DNA of 64,000 nt from Mantamonas sphyraenae STR306 (GCA_026936335.1 JAPMXV010000047.1:14525-78524), one strand, 5' to 3'; numbered from the stretch's first letter, positions 11,863 through 24,794 are shown. The notes: a model not told the origin generated them from the letters alone. Numbers and translations are program-made.

Positions 11863-13140
11863 TTAGATATCAGATACCTCGCCAGAATTCATTGTCCCCA
11901 CCTCCAGCCTTGTCATCACCTCATCTGGAAGTGTGCTGCATAGTGCACTTGGCTGGTTTTCCTCCATCCCTCCACACGCAAACATCGCCTCCCTCTCCTC
12001 CACATTCATCACCAACGCCACCTTCATCGCCTCATCCACCTGTCCAACCCACCCAATCCAATGCCACGCCTTCCTCCACCCTGCCTCCCTCACCATCTCC
12101 ACCGTTTTCACCCTCGGCTGCTCACCCCATTCTCTCAACACCTCCGTAATCCTCTCGTCCCGTTCACTCACTGCTCGCTCCAGCGCGGGTTTCAACTCCA
12201 CAGGCACACCCCACTCCCTCAGCGCAGCCATCTTCTCCACATCCCCACAATCCACAAACTCCACATGCTGCTTCTTGTTTATCTCCAACAGCGACTTCAG
12301 TGCGTCGTTGTCAACGCCCAGTATCTTGCAGCACGACCGATTGTCTTCCATTGCCTTTGTCAGTGCTTCAGTTCCTCCTACACTGATGACGTTGTCACCG
12401 AGGTACAGACTGTGCAAGCTGCTGTTCTCACTCAGCGCCTGCGCAACTGCTACTGCACCTTCTTCCTTGATGTTGTTGCTCCAGAGTTATAGCGTCTCCT
12501 GTGGCAACCTGGGCTTGCACTCAGCGCACCACGAGTCGCATGGTTGACCTCAACAAGGATGGGTTTGTCAACACCGACGGGTTTGTGCGCGCCTTTGACG
12601 AATGCAACCTCCATGCCCTCGACGATGGACAGTAACACGTGTCGGTTGAGCGCAAGGACGCCTGGCAACGAGGGACACATGCTCTGGGAGGTCCCAGTCG
12701 CCTCTTGTAGCCCTATCGGGTGTCGATGTGCACGTGCCTGTCCCCTTCCAACTCTACCTGAACGTGCTGTGTGGGTGGCATATGGAAACAGAGCCGTGAT
12801 AGCCACGTGAAAGGCGAGCTTGGTTTTGGGAGGGAAAACCAAGAAACGGGCTCTACTCACTCTGACGACACTCACCAGGCTCTACAGCGTCTCCGGACTC
12901 GTCATTCACCCACTGCTGCTTCTCCCCGCGTGCTTGTTGGGAATCTTGCGTGGACACAGTTGCCGTGCTTGCGCTCGAGTCTTCCGAGCTGGTCGAGAGG
13001 GTCCGCTTGCGCTGGAGGCGTGTAACTCTTTGCAACGGAGAGGCTTCCACGTCTTGGATGTCAAGTGCTTGGATGTCAAGTGCAGGCCAGGCAAGACCCT
13101 CGGACGATTCGAGTGTGGACACAGCTTCGTTGAGGGACAT
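11863..13140 (-). pseudogene. Second LRR/'WHW' paralog, disrupted, left copy
   Basis: Mirror of 36426-37703, with the same in-frame TAA in the first LRR. Confidence 0.55.
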
Positions 13141-13295
13141 TGTTGGGTTGGGTAGTTGGACGCAAAGCGGCAGTTGGTTGAAAATTTGCGTTTTCGTCAA
13201 GATTGGATGCAACAAACTCGGTGTTCCTGTACCGACGGGGTCGAGGCACGCCCACGGTTGATGCGCCACCAAACCCATTCAATTTCACAAGCAGA

Positions 13296-16200
13296 ATGCG
13301 ATCACATACCCATAGATATCTGTGGCTGGTCTTGGCCGCGTGTCTGCTGCTGGTGGAAACGGGTGAGTGCGGGAGTGTCGTCGTTTGGGTTTTTTCGCTC
13401 GTTTCCATTCGTCTCCGGACTTGTCCCTTGCAAGCGCGTGACAACCCCCCCACACGGCCCTATGGACCCTCCACGCTTTCAATGGCACCATGGGAAGTGG
13501 GAGCAATGCATGAATCGTGGGCCGGACGATTGCGGGGAGTTGAATGCCTTCTTTGTGTGGTGGCGTCGCTGCGTTTGGCGAATGCGCCCAGAGGGAAAAA
13601 ATACCTGGATCCTTGTAGCGGTGGAGCGCCGTGTGCGCTCCACCGCCCCCGCCAGAGTATGGAAGCTGTGTCGATCGGCACTCTGTTCCGAATGATGATC
13701 CCCTGTGCATGCGACGTGTTTGTTTGTGCCCTCCCCCTGCGTGCGGTTTCGTCCCAAAAACGGTTTGACAACCGACAAAAACGGCCTCGACGCATGTTTG
13801 GCGTGTTTGACTTGCCGTTGTCCTCACACCCGGCGCTTTCCCTCCAACAGGCTTGGCACACAACTCCTACCCTGTTTCCGACATGAGTGACCTCGAAGGA
13901 TCATCTGTTGACGCTTTGTCGGCAGATGAGCTGCCGGAAGAATTGGAGTTTGTAGATGCTGACTCAGAACCAGAAAGTGTCCTGGACATGGACACCGAAG
14001 TGGCTAGCATTGAGGCAGCCGAGGACCAGAAATCATTGCAACAGCGATGGGATCTGGCCGATGGTGCGGAAGCTGTGGACACCCAAAGGGAGGAGTATCT
14101 CGTCCCGGAGGAAATGACCGACGCCGAGTTTTTCCATATCGGAGAAAACTTATCAAGTGATTCGTTGAAACTCGAGGAGCATGACACCCTGCCCTTTTAC
14201 GGCAAGGTGCCAGTTCACACGTCGATTTCAAAGGAGACGCTTGTGCGCACTTTTGTGCGTGGCAATGTCAAAACGCATCCCAGCTGGCTTCAGATGCAAG
14301 AGGGCATGCACCATCACCTGAACCAGGTGGCAAAACCTCTCAATGCACGTCTGGCCCGAGGCGCTTTGGCCATGGTGCAGAAGCATCTGGGAGGCCACAT
14401 TCAGCGCATGATGGCTGAGGGTCAGCGGTCGTCGCACATGGACTTGGAGGACATGTTCGTGAGCGACGACGATGACGATACAAGCGAGGACGCTGATGAT
14501 GATGTGATGCAGAAAGGCAAACTGATCGAGGGAACAGACCAGCAGTCGTTCCTGAAGCACGTCGAATCGTTGCAGCAGCTGGCCCAGGACGGGCTCGTGG
14601 TTTACGGAGACCCGAGTGAGGGCGTGTTTGCCGCCACGTGTGAGTTCATGGCTGCACATCGTGACCAGGTGCATGTGGGCTCGGTGTTTTCCATCCCCAG
14701 TGGGTTGTACCGTGTGACGCACATCACCCCACCCAAGGGCAAGCCTGCGTGGACCCAAGGCCAAACTGTGCATTGCGACATCGCGTCGCTGCCTTATCAT
14801 CTCACTTGCGTGAATGCAGACCTTGAGGACGCCATCGAGGACGCATCTGTCCACGTGGAGGTGACGGATCTGAGCAGCCTGTCGCGCAACGAGGAAACCG
14901 GAGAGGTGCAGGACTGGAGCCCGAATGCTCGTGCCGCTCGCACGAACCAGTTGCTTCGGAAGTCTGCACAGCGCCATGACTACGTTGCTGCGCTGAACCG
15001 AGCGGACGACGTGGCTGAAAAGGCGTTGCTCGCCATTGAGCAGCACGGACGCGACCTGGACGACGTGTTGCTCCAGGACCGCGAAAACCTCGAAAAACGT
15101 GGTGTGGCCATGTACACTGGCGCTCGCGATCGCTACATGGATGTGGTCAAAGAGTATGCGCAGCGAATCTTTGACGCACAACGCAACCACATCAAGGCAG
15201 CGGCTCGCCTCCATCAAGCGTTTGCACAGTCCATGCAAAACACAGACGAGGAGGCGATGGATGATGAGTTTGATGAAGAAGCCATGGCGCAAGGTGACGA
15301 TGATGATGAGGAGGAGGAGGACGAGGAGGAGGAATTGGAGGACGAGGTCGAAGTGCGTGACTTTTTCTGGCGCAAAGTGGCAAACGCTTTCAACAGCATT
15401 GGCGAGAAGCTGAAGAAGACGTTTAAAGCAGTCAAGTCGTTTGCGGAGAACGTGTACAATAAGGCTGCGGGCGCCCTGAAGCAGGTTGCAAACAAGGTGA
15501 GCAACTTGGTACGTTCAGCCGTGAATGCGGTGGTCAAAGCGGCCAAGGCAGTGGTCCGTGCTGTCAAGGAATTTGGTGAGAAGGTGGCTAGCGTGGCCAA
15601 GAAGTTTGGCGAGGCGGTCAAGAAGGCTGGCGAGGCGTTTGCAGACAAGATGAAGGAAGTGGGCGAAAAGATCAAGAGCACCGCAGTGGCGATTGGCAAG
15701 TCTGTCAAGCGCATTGCGGTGGTTGCGTACAAGTTGGCCAAGTTCTTCAACCAAGTCGCGCATGGCGGCTCGGCTGACTTGGATTTGGACGAGAGTTTGT
15801 CGATTGGCTTTTCGGTGGAGAACATCGACTTTGGCAATCATCCGGACAAGTTCATGGACATGTGGAAAGAAAAGCGTGCTGAGGACAAGAAGAAGCGTGA
15901 TGCAGCTGCAGGCAAGCCGGAGAAGCCGGAAAAGAAGAAGAGCAAGGCCAAGCCGAGCCTGCAGGTGATGCTGCGCATCATCAAGGCCAAGATCATGCTC
16001 AAACCCACGCTTGTACTGGCCATCAAGATGAAGAAGTTCATGCCGCAGTACGTCAAGGTGGAGTTCCGTGGTGAGCTCGACATTGAGCTGCGCACCTTTA
16101 CGCAGATCAACGCCGAATGGAAGTTTGAGAAGGAGAAGCTGGTGGGCAACAAGGCGATCACGACCATCAAGTTTGCCATTGGCCCGGTGCCTGTGTGGAT

Positions 16201-19200
16201 CAGTGTCAAGGCGCAGTTCTACCTGGGCGTGGGCCTGACCATCAAGGCCGGCATCCAGTTCCGATACGGCGGCCGCGTGCACGGCAAGTGGCGCATTGGT
16301 GCGCACGGCGACATGAAAACCAAAAAGACCGGGTTCGTGAACAAAACGGAGATCAAGAACACGTTTGGCAAGCCGAACGGTTTCCGTCCATGTGCGTCTG
16401 TGGAGCTGGAGGCGTTTGTGCGCCCGCAGGTGGCCTTCCACATGTACCACTCGGCAGGACCCACGCTGGGCTTTGAGCCGTTTGCAGTGCTGACGTTTGT
16501 GCCACAGGGCGCAACCGCATGCATGGCAATCACGGATTCGGGCGACATGGTGACGGCGGAACAGGAAGAGGTGGAGGATGAGGTGAACGACGGCAACACG
16601 TTGACGTTCGAGGCTGGCATCCGTGTCAAGGCCGGTATTCAGATCGTTGTTGTGAAGAAGATGCTGCTGGACGAGAACATCCCCTTGTTTGAGAAGAAGT
16701 GGGAGCTGTTCGAGTTCAAGCTGACCGTTCCGACCAAGAAGGTGCTGAAGGCCATGAGTGGAATCGGAAACGTTCGCAAAATGCTGAACGAGACCAAGGA
16801 TGAGGAGGATGAAGAGCAGCTGGAAGGGTTGCAAGACGAGGAGGAGGAGGTGGAAGAGGTGCAGCGTCGCGTGGAAACGATTCCCACCGACGAGCTGATG
16901 GCAATCCCAGCAGGCATGCGACGTGGAGCATACTACACGGTGCTTCCCAATGTATTGCCCGAAGATGTGGCCACGCACGAACTGAAGGACGCGGACAAGC
17001 ACGACCAGCATCGTGTGCTGGACGACGCCGATGCCATTGTGGACGAGGCGCTGACTCGTCGTGTGGTGCGTGACGAAGTGCGCGATATGGATCGCATGGA
17101 TAAGCGCATGCACAGGGGCGATCATGGAGTCAACTGGTATCAGGTTGAGATCGACACCGGTGCGCGACGGGACGAACGTCGTATCCGAGAGGCTGTGGCG
17201 CACAATCGCCTCAACTCGTTGACATTCGAGCCGAAATCGTTTGACAACAGCCCGTTGCATGGATTCTGGTTGCTGCATGGACACAGCCAGATGCGCAAGG
17301 AACGCTTCATGCTGCGTGCGCAACTCTTCAGGAAGCGCTTGGAAATGTTGGAGCGCGGGCGAATGGGCGATGAGTCCATGCGCAATGCGTTCCATGCCCA
17401 AGCTGTAGAGCTTGCCACGCGCGTGCGCATCTTGGACCTGCGCCTCCTCAAGGTCGACCAGTTTGAGCAGTTGCGTCGACGCCTCACCGATGAGTTCCGC
17501 AACAGGCAACAGGATTCAACCAGTCAAGAACACAAGTTGATGGAATACCAGTCGGATTACCGCAAGGAAATGGACGAAGCGAGACACTACGAGCGCTTGG
17601 TGCTTCAATTCAAGCTAGTGCGCGATGCCGACGAAAGAACGCAACGTGCGATGAGAGGCATTGCCGACAAGCTGAATGACCAGCTGGAAGTGGTAAAACG
17701 TGCCTCCTCGCGTATCGAGGAGCAGTCGAGAAAGGTGGAACATGCTCTGGAGGCGATGAAAGAAGCGCGAGATCGGTTGGAATTCCTTACCAAGGTGTCA
17801 TCGATGCAGGCGACAGCCAAGGCACGCATGGAAGCACACAAAAAGGTGGTGGACCTGCTGCATTCACAGCCTGTGCGTGAATTGCGTGCGGCGGGTCGCA
17901 AGGCGCAGCGCTTGCACGCCGCGGCCGTGATGGACCTTGTGAACGTGGAGAGGATGATGTTGAGTGAGGAAAAGCGGAAGGAACTTCGTGGCTCGGCTCG
18001 TGTGATGCTTGTGGATGCGCGCAAGGTGCTGGACGCAGAGTGGCGGCTGAGCGAGCGGATCAAGTCCATGGTTGCGAGCGCAGGTCTGAACTGGACACCG
18101 ATCGAGGCTATTGGGTCGCCGTACCGCCGTCTGGTGGAGGAATTGAATGCGCGCACCGAAGCAGCGGCTGTTCGCAAGCACAAGACTCTGGTACCGCAAG
18201 CGCGATGCTACGTGGCCAATTGGTGGCATGCGTTTGACCGCAAGGGCACAGTGTCCTGTCGCAAGGGCTATGCGTTGGTCGCTTTGCGCAAGAGCAAGTG
18301 CAACGCGCTGGGATGCCTGGAAGAAGGCCAATGTTGCGGGTACGAAACCGAAGTGGCAACGAAGCACGTGGCCAATTGGTGGGGATCGCTGGATCGCCGT
18401 GGTTGGTCGTCGTGTCCCAAGTACTACGCGCTCAGTGGCCTGATGCGCAATGGGTGTCACGGGTTGAATTGTCTGGAGGAAGGCGTGTGCACAAAGATGG
18501 TGACGGACGAGTGTGTGACGCAAGGGCACTTCTTCGGTCATGCCGGTTGGAATGCATGCCCTGCTGGATATGCGCTGCATGGCGTGTACCGTGACTCGAG
18601 TCACGGAGCAGGCAACCTGCAGAACTTGAGCACGGTGTCGTGCTGCAAAGTGCGCGATGCATACGAGCTGCCGAGCGCGATGCAGAAGAGCGTGATGCAG
18701 GTGGCAACCGTGAAGAAGCACAACGCAAACATGAAATGCTACGAGGCAGACTGGACGACCAAGTTTGACCATCGTGGCACCGCCAAGTGCCGTGCAGGCT
18801 TTGTGCTCATGGGGATGTTGAAGAATTCGTGCAACGGCATCGGATGCATCGAAAAAGCCATGTGCTGTGGCTACGACAACGCCAAGGCAACCACAAAGGT
18901 GGCCAACTGGTGGAGCAAGCTGGATCAGCGAGGCTGGGCGTCCTGTCCACGTGGTTTTGCGATCAGTGGCCTGATGCGAAACTCGTGCAACGGATTGAAC
19001 TGCATCGAGGAGGGCGTATGCACAAAGATGGTGACCAACGAGTGTATCACACAGGGAGGCTACTTCCGCCACTCTGGTTGGAGCAAGTGTCCTTCTGGAT
19101 ATGCGCTCCATGGCGTGTACCGTGACTCCAGCCATGGAGCAGGCAATCTGAAGAACCTGAGCACCGTCAGTTGTTGCAAACTGCAATCCGAGGGTTCTTT

Positions 19201-20344
19201 GGATGTTTCGTTCCGCCATGCGCTGGCTCACATGCGGCATCAAGAGGCCGAGCGCACGCAACGCGAAGCCAAGGCAAAGGCAGCCCGCGAAGAGTATGAG
19301 AGCAAGAAGAAGTTGGTGCAACAGCAGTGCTATGTGGCCAACTGGTGGCATGCGTTTGACCGCAAGGGTACTGTCAAGTGCCGTCCGGGGTATGCTCTGA
19401 TGGGCATCCGCAAGAACAAGTGCAACAAGCTGGGTTGCATCGAAGAAGGCAAGTGCTGCGGCTACGCAACGACCCGTGCTCCTCACACCAAGATTGCCAA
19501 CTGGTGGAGCCAACTGGACAAGCGTGGCTGGGCATCGTGTCCGAGCGGCTACGCGATCAGCGGGTTGATGCGCAATGACTGCGATGGCCTGAATTGCCTG
19601 GAAGAGGCAGTGTGCTCCAAGATTGTGACTGGGAAGTGTGTGACGCAAGACAACTTCTTTGCTCATGAAGGTTGGAGCAAGTGTCCTCATGGATACGCAC
19701 TGCACGCAGTTTACCGCAACTCGAACACGGGTGCGGGTGGGTTGAACAACCTCAGCACCGTGAGTTGCTGCAAGGTCCGTTCCGTGAACCAATTGGATGA
19801 GAATGTGCGCAAGGGAGCCATTGAAGCAGCTGTCGCAGCCAAGCGCAAGGCGGAGGAGTTGCACCGCCGACACAGCACGCTGAAGTGCTATGTTGCCAAC
19901 TGGTGGCATGCGTTTGACCGCAAGGGTACCGTCAAGTGCCGTCCGGGGTATGCTCTGATGGGCATCCGCAAGAACAAGTGCAACGAGCTGGGTTGCATCG
20001 AAGAAGGCAAGTGCTGCGGCTATGCAACGACCCGTGCTCCTCACACCAAGATTGCCAACTGGTGGAGCCAGCTGGACAAGCGTGGCTGGGCATCGTGTCC
20101 GAGCGGCTACGCAATCAGCGGGTTGATGCGCAATGACTGTGATGGCCTGAATTGCCTGGAAGAGGCAGTGTGCTCCAAGATTGTGACTGGGAAGTGTGTG
20201 ACGCAAGACAACTTCTTTGCTCATGAAGGTTGGAGCAAGTGTCCTCATGGATACGCACTGCACGCAGTTTACCGCAGCACGAACACGGGTGCGGGTGGGT
20301 TGAATAACCTCAGCACCGTGAGCTGCTGCCAGCTGAAAATGTGA
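13296..20344 (+). CDS. Large secreted multidomain protein (~2186 aa): signal peptide, acidic segments, amphipathic helix, beta-rich domain, coiled coil, four Cys/Trp-rich biomphalysin-small-lobe-like domains; intron 13363-13850
   Basis: Exon 1 encodes MRSHTHRYLWLVLAACLLLVET, then G|GTGAGT. Acceptor ...tttccctccaacAG at 13850 joins in phase (T-G-L-A-H-N-S-Y) to the 2163-aa ORF. C-terminal repeats read CYVANWWHAFDRKG..C..GYAL....CN.LGC.EEG.CC. Confidence 0.9.
18206..20335 (+). repeat. Four tandem ~150-aa Cys-rich domains (starts 18206, 18737, 19328, 19886), each built from three sub-repeats
   Basis: Visible in the translation. Units 3 and 4 are nearly identical at DNA level, 558 nt apart. Confidence 0.95.
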
Positions 20345-20856
20345 TTGAGAGAGAGTGTGTGTGCGCAGAGAGGCGAGTGTTCTCCTGGCATGCGAGTGAA
20401 TGGAAATCACGTGTACCACATCTGTGCATTGATCCGGCTCACCTCCAGATTGTGTTTGCGTGCTTGCGGGGTGGCACGGGCGGAGGCGCCTCTTCGTCGT
20501 TGTCATCCTTGTCGGACCGGCTGGGACGGCCAAACCCGCGTTGGAAATGTTGGGAGCCGAAAAGATAAACCCCTCCTCCACCAAAGAAGGGACATGATGT
20601 AAAAGACGAGGTGGGCAGGTCTGACCTGTGTTCAACCCGCTATCAGCCAATCCCACTCCTGACAGTGACCCTGTCCAAGTTGTTGTTGGTCGACTCCACC
20701 ATCCTATCTTTGTCATTGTGAGGTGTTTGTTGATAGCACTGCCACCTCTGCTCGCAATCTGACATGTGAATCACTTCAGCAACGTCCTCTAGTCCGGCAA
20801 GACCTCCTACGACTTCTTTCCCGTCCTCTGCACCATCATTTTCGCATGTGTACACT

Positions 20857-22198
20857 ATGCACAAAGTGTTCTTGATTGTTGCAGTTGTTGCAATGTTGTG
20901 TTTTCTGACGTTCAGCCTCTTCATCACGCACTACAACGAGTTTTTGCCCGCCCCAACCGCTCTGGAGGAATCCAACAACTCCTCAGCAGCAGCGACACCG
21001 CAGCCACAGCTGCATCCTACACTTCAATTCCTCACCATGAACATGACTGTGGACACATTGCAAGATGAAGCTGGAACTATTTCGACTGATGAGCCAAGCA
21101 CTGTCAGGTGCAAAGTTGCGTGTGTTGTTACAAACGCATGTGTTGCCGCAACGGAGTTGGGGCGCTTCGCCTTGTTCTCTTTGGGAACACAACCATGGGT
21201 ACATTCAAAACATACGAAGGAGTACAGATCTCACCGGAAACTCAACAGACAACAACAATGTCTGCTTTTGCAGCGGCTTCGGGTGCATTGTTGCACACCC
21301 AGAATAAGACCATTTATTCCTACGGCGTGTGGCACCCTGACAATTTCTATCACAACCTAGCTGATGAAATGCTTGGCGTGTACACTACCATGCGTGCTTT
21401 CGGGGATCCATCGACTGTGGAAGACAATGTCCTGGTGATCGTCCCACCCTTACCGAAACCGCCAATGTCGAAGCATCGAGTATTTGGTTCATTCAATGGC
21501 TCGCCAAGAAACAGTACAATGTGCTAAGAGACCAAAGAATGCACTGCGGAACGCGTATTGTTGTTGGTAGGATACCAGTGAGTTTCAGTGTTTGCAACGA
21601 CTTTGCCCATCACATTGCAGCCCAATCTGGACAGTCAGACGATGACCTTGCCTCACAGATCACTGTACTTGATCGTGGCAACTCCCGCAACATGTAAAAC
21701 ATTACAGAACTCGTTCTTCGCGTGCGTGAAGCCAAACTGGGCTACCCATTCAAGCTTGTGGACTCTGCCAAGTGACCCCTTGCTGAGCAGGTCGCCACCG
21801 CGCGAAGAAGCAAAGTGTTTCTTGCCCGGAACGGTGCAGGAACAACTCTGAGGATGTTCATGCCGCCAAATTCTCTGCTGTTGACAGTAACAGCGCGAGA
21901 GCACAATATCAGCGAACACTGGAGGAATGGCATTGGTTACTTCGAACACTTGGCAATGTGTACGGAAGGTTCAATCACCTGCACATGGGCTCGCAAGCAG
22001 TTTGAGGCAGGTGTGGGCATCAAAACCGATTCCGTTACCATCGACATCCCAACCCTTGTTGAGACCGTCCAAATGTTCCTCGCTGGCACACTTCCGTCCG
22101 AAAGGGTGAGTGTCATCCCATGGCAACTGCTTGACATTCAAGAGCCGCTTTTCATTCCTCAACAACAACAAGTTCAGTGGACCATCCAGCTACCTTGA
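20857..22198 (+). pseudogene. GT61/DUF563-like glycosyltransferase (type II membrane protein), split over several frames
   Basis: N-terminal TM segment MHKVFLIVAVVAMLCFLTFSLFI. Motifs WHPDNFYHNLADEMLGVY and ARNGAG...MFMPPNSLLL sit in successive ORFs (20848, 21108, 21815). Confidence 0.65.
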
Positions 22199-23111
22199 TG
22201 TCATCCCGTCACATGCTGGTCAGGCTGCCGTGCATCTGAAAGTGCGCACGTGGCTCAGCACCTACTCGTGTTCAACATCGTTGCATGTATGCAACACTCA
22301 TCAATGCAACACAGTGCAAAGCACGGCATGATTTCTGCGTCCCTATTGTCCACAGCCGTCTCGGAAGATAGAGTGGAGTCGCAATTCAACGATTGGTGTC
22401 ACCATCGTGATCACGAGCGTGAGTCCTGATGAAGTGTCCGACAAACAATCACGACAGGTCACGATTATTCTGGCGACGTCTTGCGAGGCAAGTGTATCAG
22501 CTGGCTGCAAGCAAATCTGGAGCTTGAAATTCGACCAACTGCCTCAAACCCACACATGGACGCTCCAACTCCAGCAACCACATTGGCATCCACACGTGCA
22601 CGAATAACCACCACGACAAACACAAAGGAAGATCAAACCAATGGTACTTGCAAACGACGATTTCTACACGCAGACCAAACGCAGGACGGCGTGGCCTACG
22701 GGGTGTAGAAGGTACACAGCTACACATCAACAAGCGAATATGTTGCAAAGACGCACCAGCGGGGTCATCAGCCCTCTTTCGCGCCTGAAGCTCCACCACG
22801 AAGTCCTGAGAAGAGGATAGCGTTGTTGGTCGACCAACAACATCAGCAAACGAGAGGGCACATCGCATTCCATTCACCACAATCAACCAGCTACACCACT
22901 GTTCATGTGTCTTCTTGCGGCGCTGCTCCTCGCGACGTCGTTCCTCTGCCGTCTGCGTGGGACTGCCCGCGACACACCAGTCGGACCTTGCCCCTGCTGC
23001 CAAGGACGGCAGTGGGACGGCAAAGCGGAAGTCAAAGGCAAAGGCCAGTTGGTGACAGATGTGTGACGGGTGGGCGAGGAAATGAACATACACACAGAGC
23101 AGTGAGGACTC

Positions 23112-24794
23112 TCACCCAGATGAGATGAACGTCTCGGCGGCGTTGTGTGCGGTGAACACGAGAACTGGAAACATGATGGCAAAGGTCACGCTGACCAAAG
23201 CGACGCGCATGTGACGTTCGCACAGGGCAGCAGCGAGCTGCACTGGGTCGTAGTGCACCTCAGTCACCATGATCTTGCGTACCAGGTAGAAAACAACTAC
23301 TACGGCGATTAGGTTGGTAAAGGCGTAGCCACACGCCACAAGGATATCCTCATCGGTGAAATATGCGCTTCCATATTTGTAGTAATCGGTGTTGTTGCCC
23401 CAGCGGAAGAGCAGAATCATGACAATAAAGTTGATGGAGTTGATGATCTCCGAGACGATCTCTAGACCGATGCGCTCGCTGACTGTGGTGCGATAATCAT
23501 GAAGGTCGACCAACCTGCGGATGCGTCGATCCTGTAGGCTCATTTCCGTGATGTGCTGCACATTGTCCATGCCCTCTTCCACGTCCTGGCAGTGGTTGGT
23601 GTTCCGTACCGCCAACCTGTGAAGTTCTGGTTGCTCGTCGTCCGAATCGCCCATGAGTGCCTCTTCCTGTTCCACCATGGTCCTTGTGGACACCAATGAA
23701 TTTTCATGTCTGAGGAGCTTCTGCACAATGCTCGTCTGCATGACCCTGTTGCGCACATTGTACCCCTGCGTGCTCATAGACCACATGTACGAGCCGGTCG
23801 TGACGCACACCTCCGCAATGAGGTAGGCAAGGAAGGTGGACAGCGCAGAGATGGATGGGAGTAGTAGCATACCAAACAGGTCTCCCACACAACTGGCCGC
23901 AAACCCAAACAGCAGGCCCGCGTCTTTGTCAATGTTGCTCGCAAGCATTCCCGTCAGGCGCTCAAACATGACCATCAGAAGCGGGTAGGCGATGACAGAC
24001 ATCGTCTGAACCATAAAGTCACCCACAGCAAAGGCTGTGCTGAATGAAATGCACACAATGAAGAGAATGGATGGAAGACCGAGCATGGCCTGGCATCGGA
24101 TAAACACGTTCAGAAACGAGGCTCCCCTCTCGGCCGCGATCTCGTTTTTCTCCTGGGATGTGTACGCAAACCACCACAACACTGCAGACATTGACCATAT
24201 GCCAATACCCAAGGTGGCCGGGGCAAAAGGGATTGGAAAAATTCCCACACCCAGCGCAAGAATACAGTACATCCCCGGCACGCCGACTGAGAGGCTCAAG
24301 AACGGAATGTACCACCGCCTGGAAGGGGCAAGGAACCGCTCCACCCAAATGCGTTGCATGCATGAGATGATAACCGACCAGAACATGCTGTAGCCCAAAA
24401 TGTAGCCGATATTCCCCAGCGGACCAGCTGCAAGGGGAGCAAGCGGGAAGGAAACCCACCCGGCAATGTATGCGAGGGGTACAAACTGCAGGAGAGCTAA
24501 GAGGTAGAGCATACGACTCCCGCTCACAGGATATGGATTTCCGCATGCGCTCAATGCACGTGCAGCGGCGTATTCGGCGTGGTCGGCACGATCACATGGT
24601 TCAATTTCCCCCTCCTTTTGCAGCGCGGCCATGAGCAGCGCAGTTTGGTCATCCAGCTTGCAGTACGCACGCGCAAGTTGTACATACCGTTGACGTAAAT
24701 CCGTTGCGTCTTCGCTTGTGCTGTAAATGCTTCGAAGGCTTCGTTGCTGCTGCGAGTCCTGCCAACTCCTGCGAGGAATTGTCGGCAATGACAT
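23112..24794 (-). CDS. Multi-pass membrane protein (560 aa)
   Basis: About ten hydrophobic segments in an intact ORF; GIFPIPF motif. Confidence 0.85.
   Translation of the reverse strand: MSLPTIPRRSWQDSQQQRSLRSIYSTSEDATDLRQRYVQLARAYCKLDDQTALLMAALQKEGEIEPCDRADHAEYAAARALSACGNPYPVSGSRMLYLLALLQFVPLAYIAGWVSFPLAPLAAGPLGNIGYILGYSMFWSVIISCMQRIWVERFLAPSRRWYIPFLSLSVGVPGMYCILALGVGIFPIPFAPATLGIGIWSMSAVLWWFAYTSQEKNEIAAERGASFLNVFIRCQAMLGLPSILFIVCISFSTAFAVGDFMVQTMSVIAYPLLMVMFERLTGMLASNIDKDAGLLFGFAASCVGDLFGMLLLPSISALSTFLAYLIAEVCVTTGSYMWSMSTQGYNVRNRVMQTSIVQKLLRHENSLVSTRTMVEQEEALMGDSDDEQPELHRLAVRNTNHCQDVEEGMDNVQHITEMSLQDRRIRRLVDLHDYRTTVSERIGLEIVSEIINSINFIVMILLFRWGNNTDYYKYGSAYFTDEDILVACGYAFTNLIAVVVVFYLVRKIMVTEVHYDPVQLAAALCERHMRVALVSVTFAIMFPVLVFTAHNAAETFISSG

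Larger units (their letters stand above)
1..13240. repeat. Left arm of a >=13.2-kb inverted repeat (truncated by window start)
   Basis: Every ORF here has a mirror on the opposite strand with coordinate sum 49566/49567 (2911..6126+ = 43441..46656-; 7979..9268+ = 40298..41587-). Base 1 pairs with 49566. Identity ends at ...GTACCGACGGGG (13240). Confidence 0.98.

Noticed and set aside
15515-20716. Long antisense ORFs (664 aa and 950 aa; also 7960..9192)
   Set aside because: Shadows of codon-biased, repetitive sense genes; no motifs of their own.
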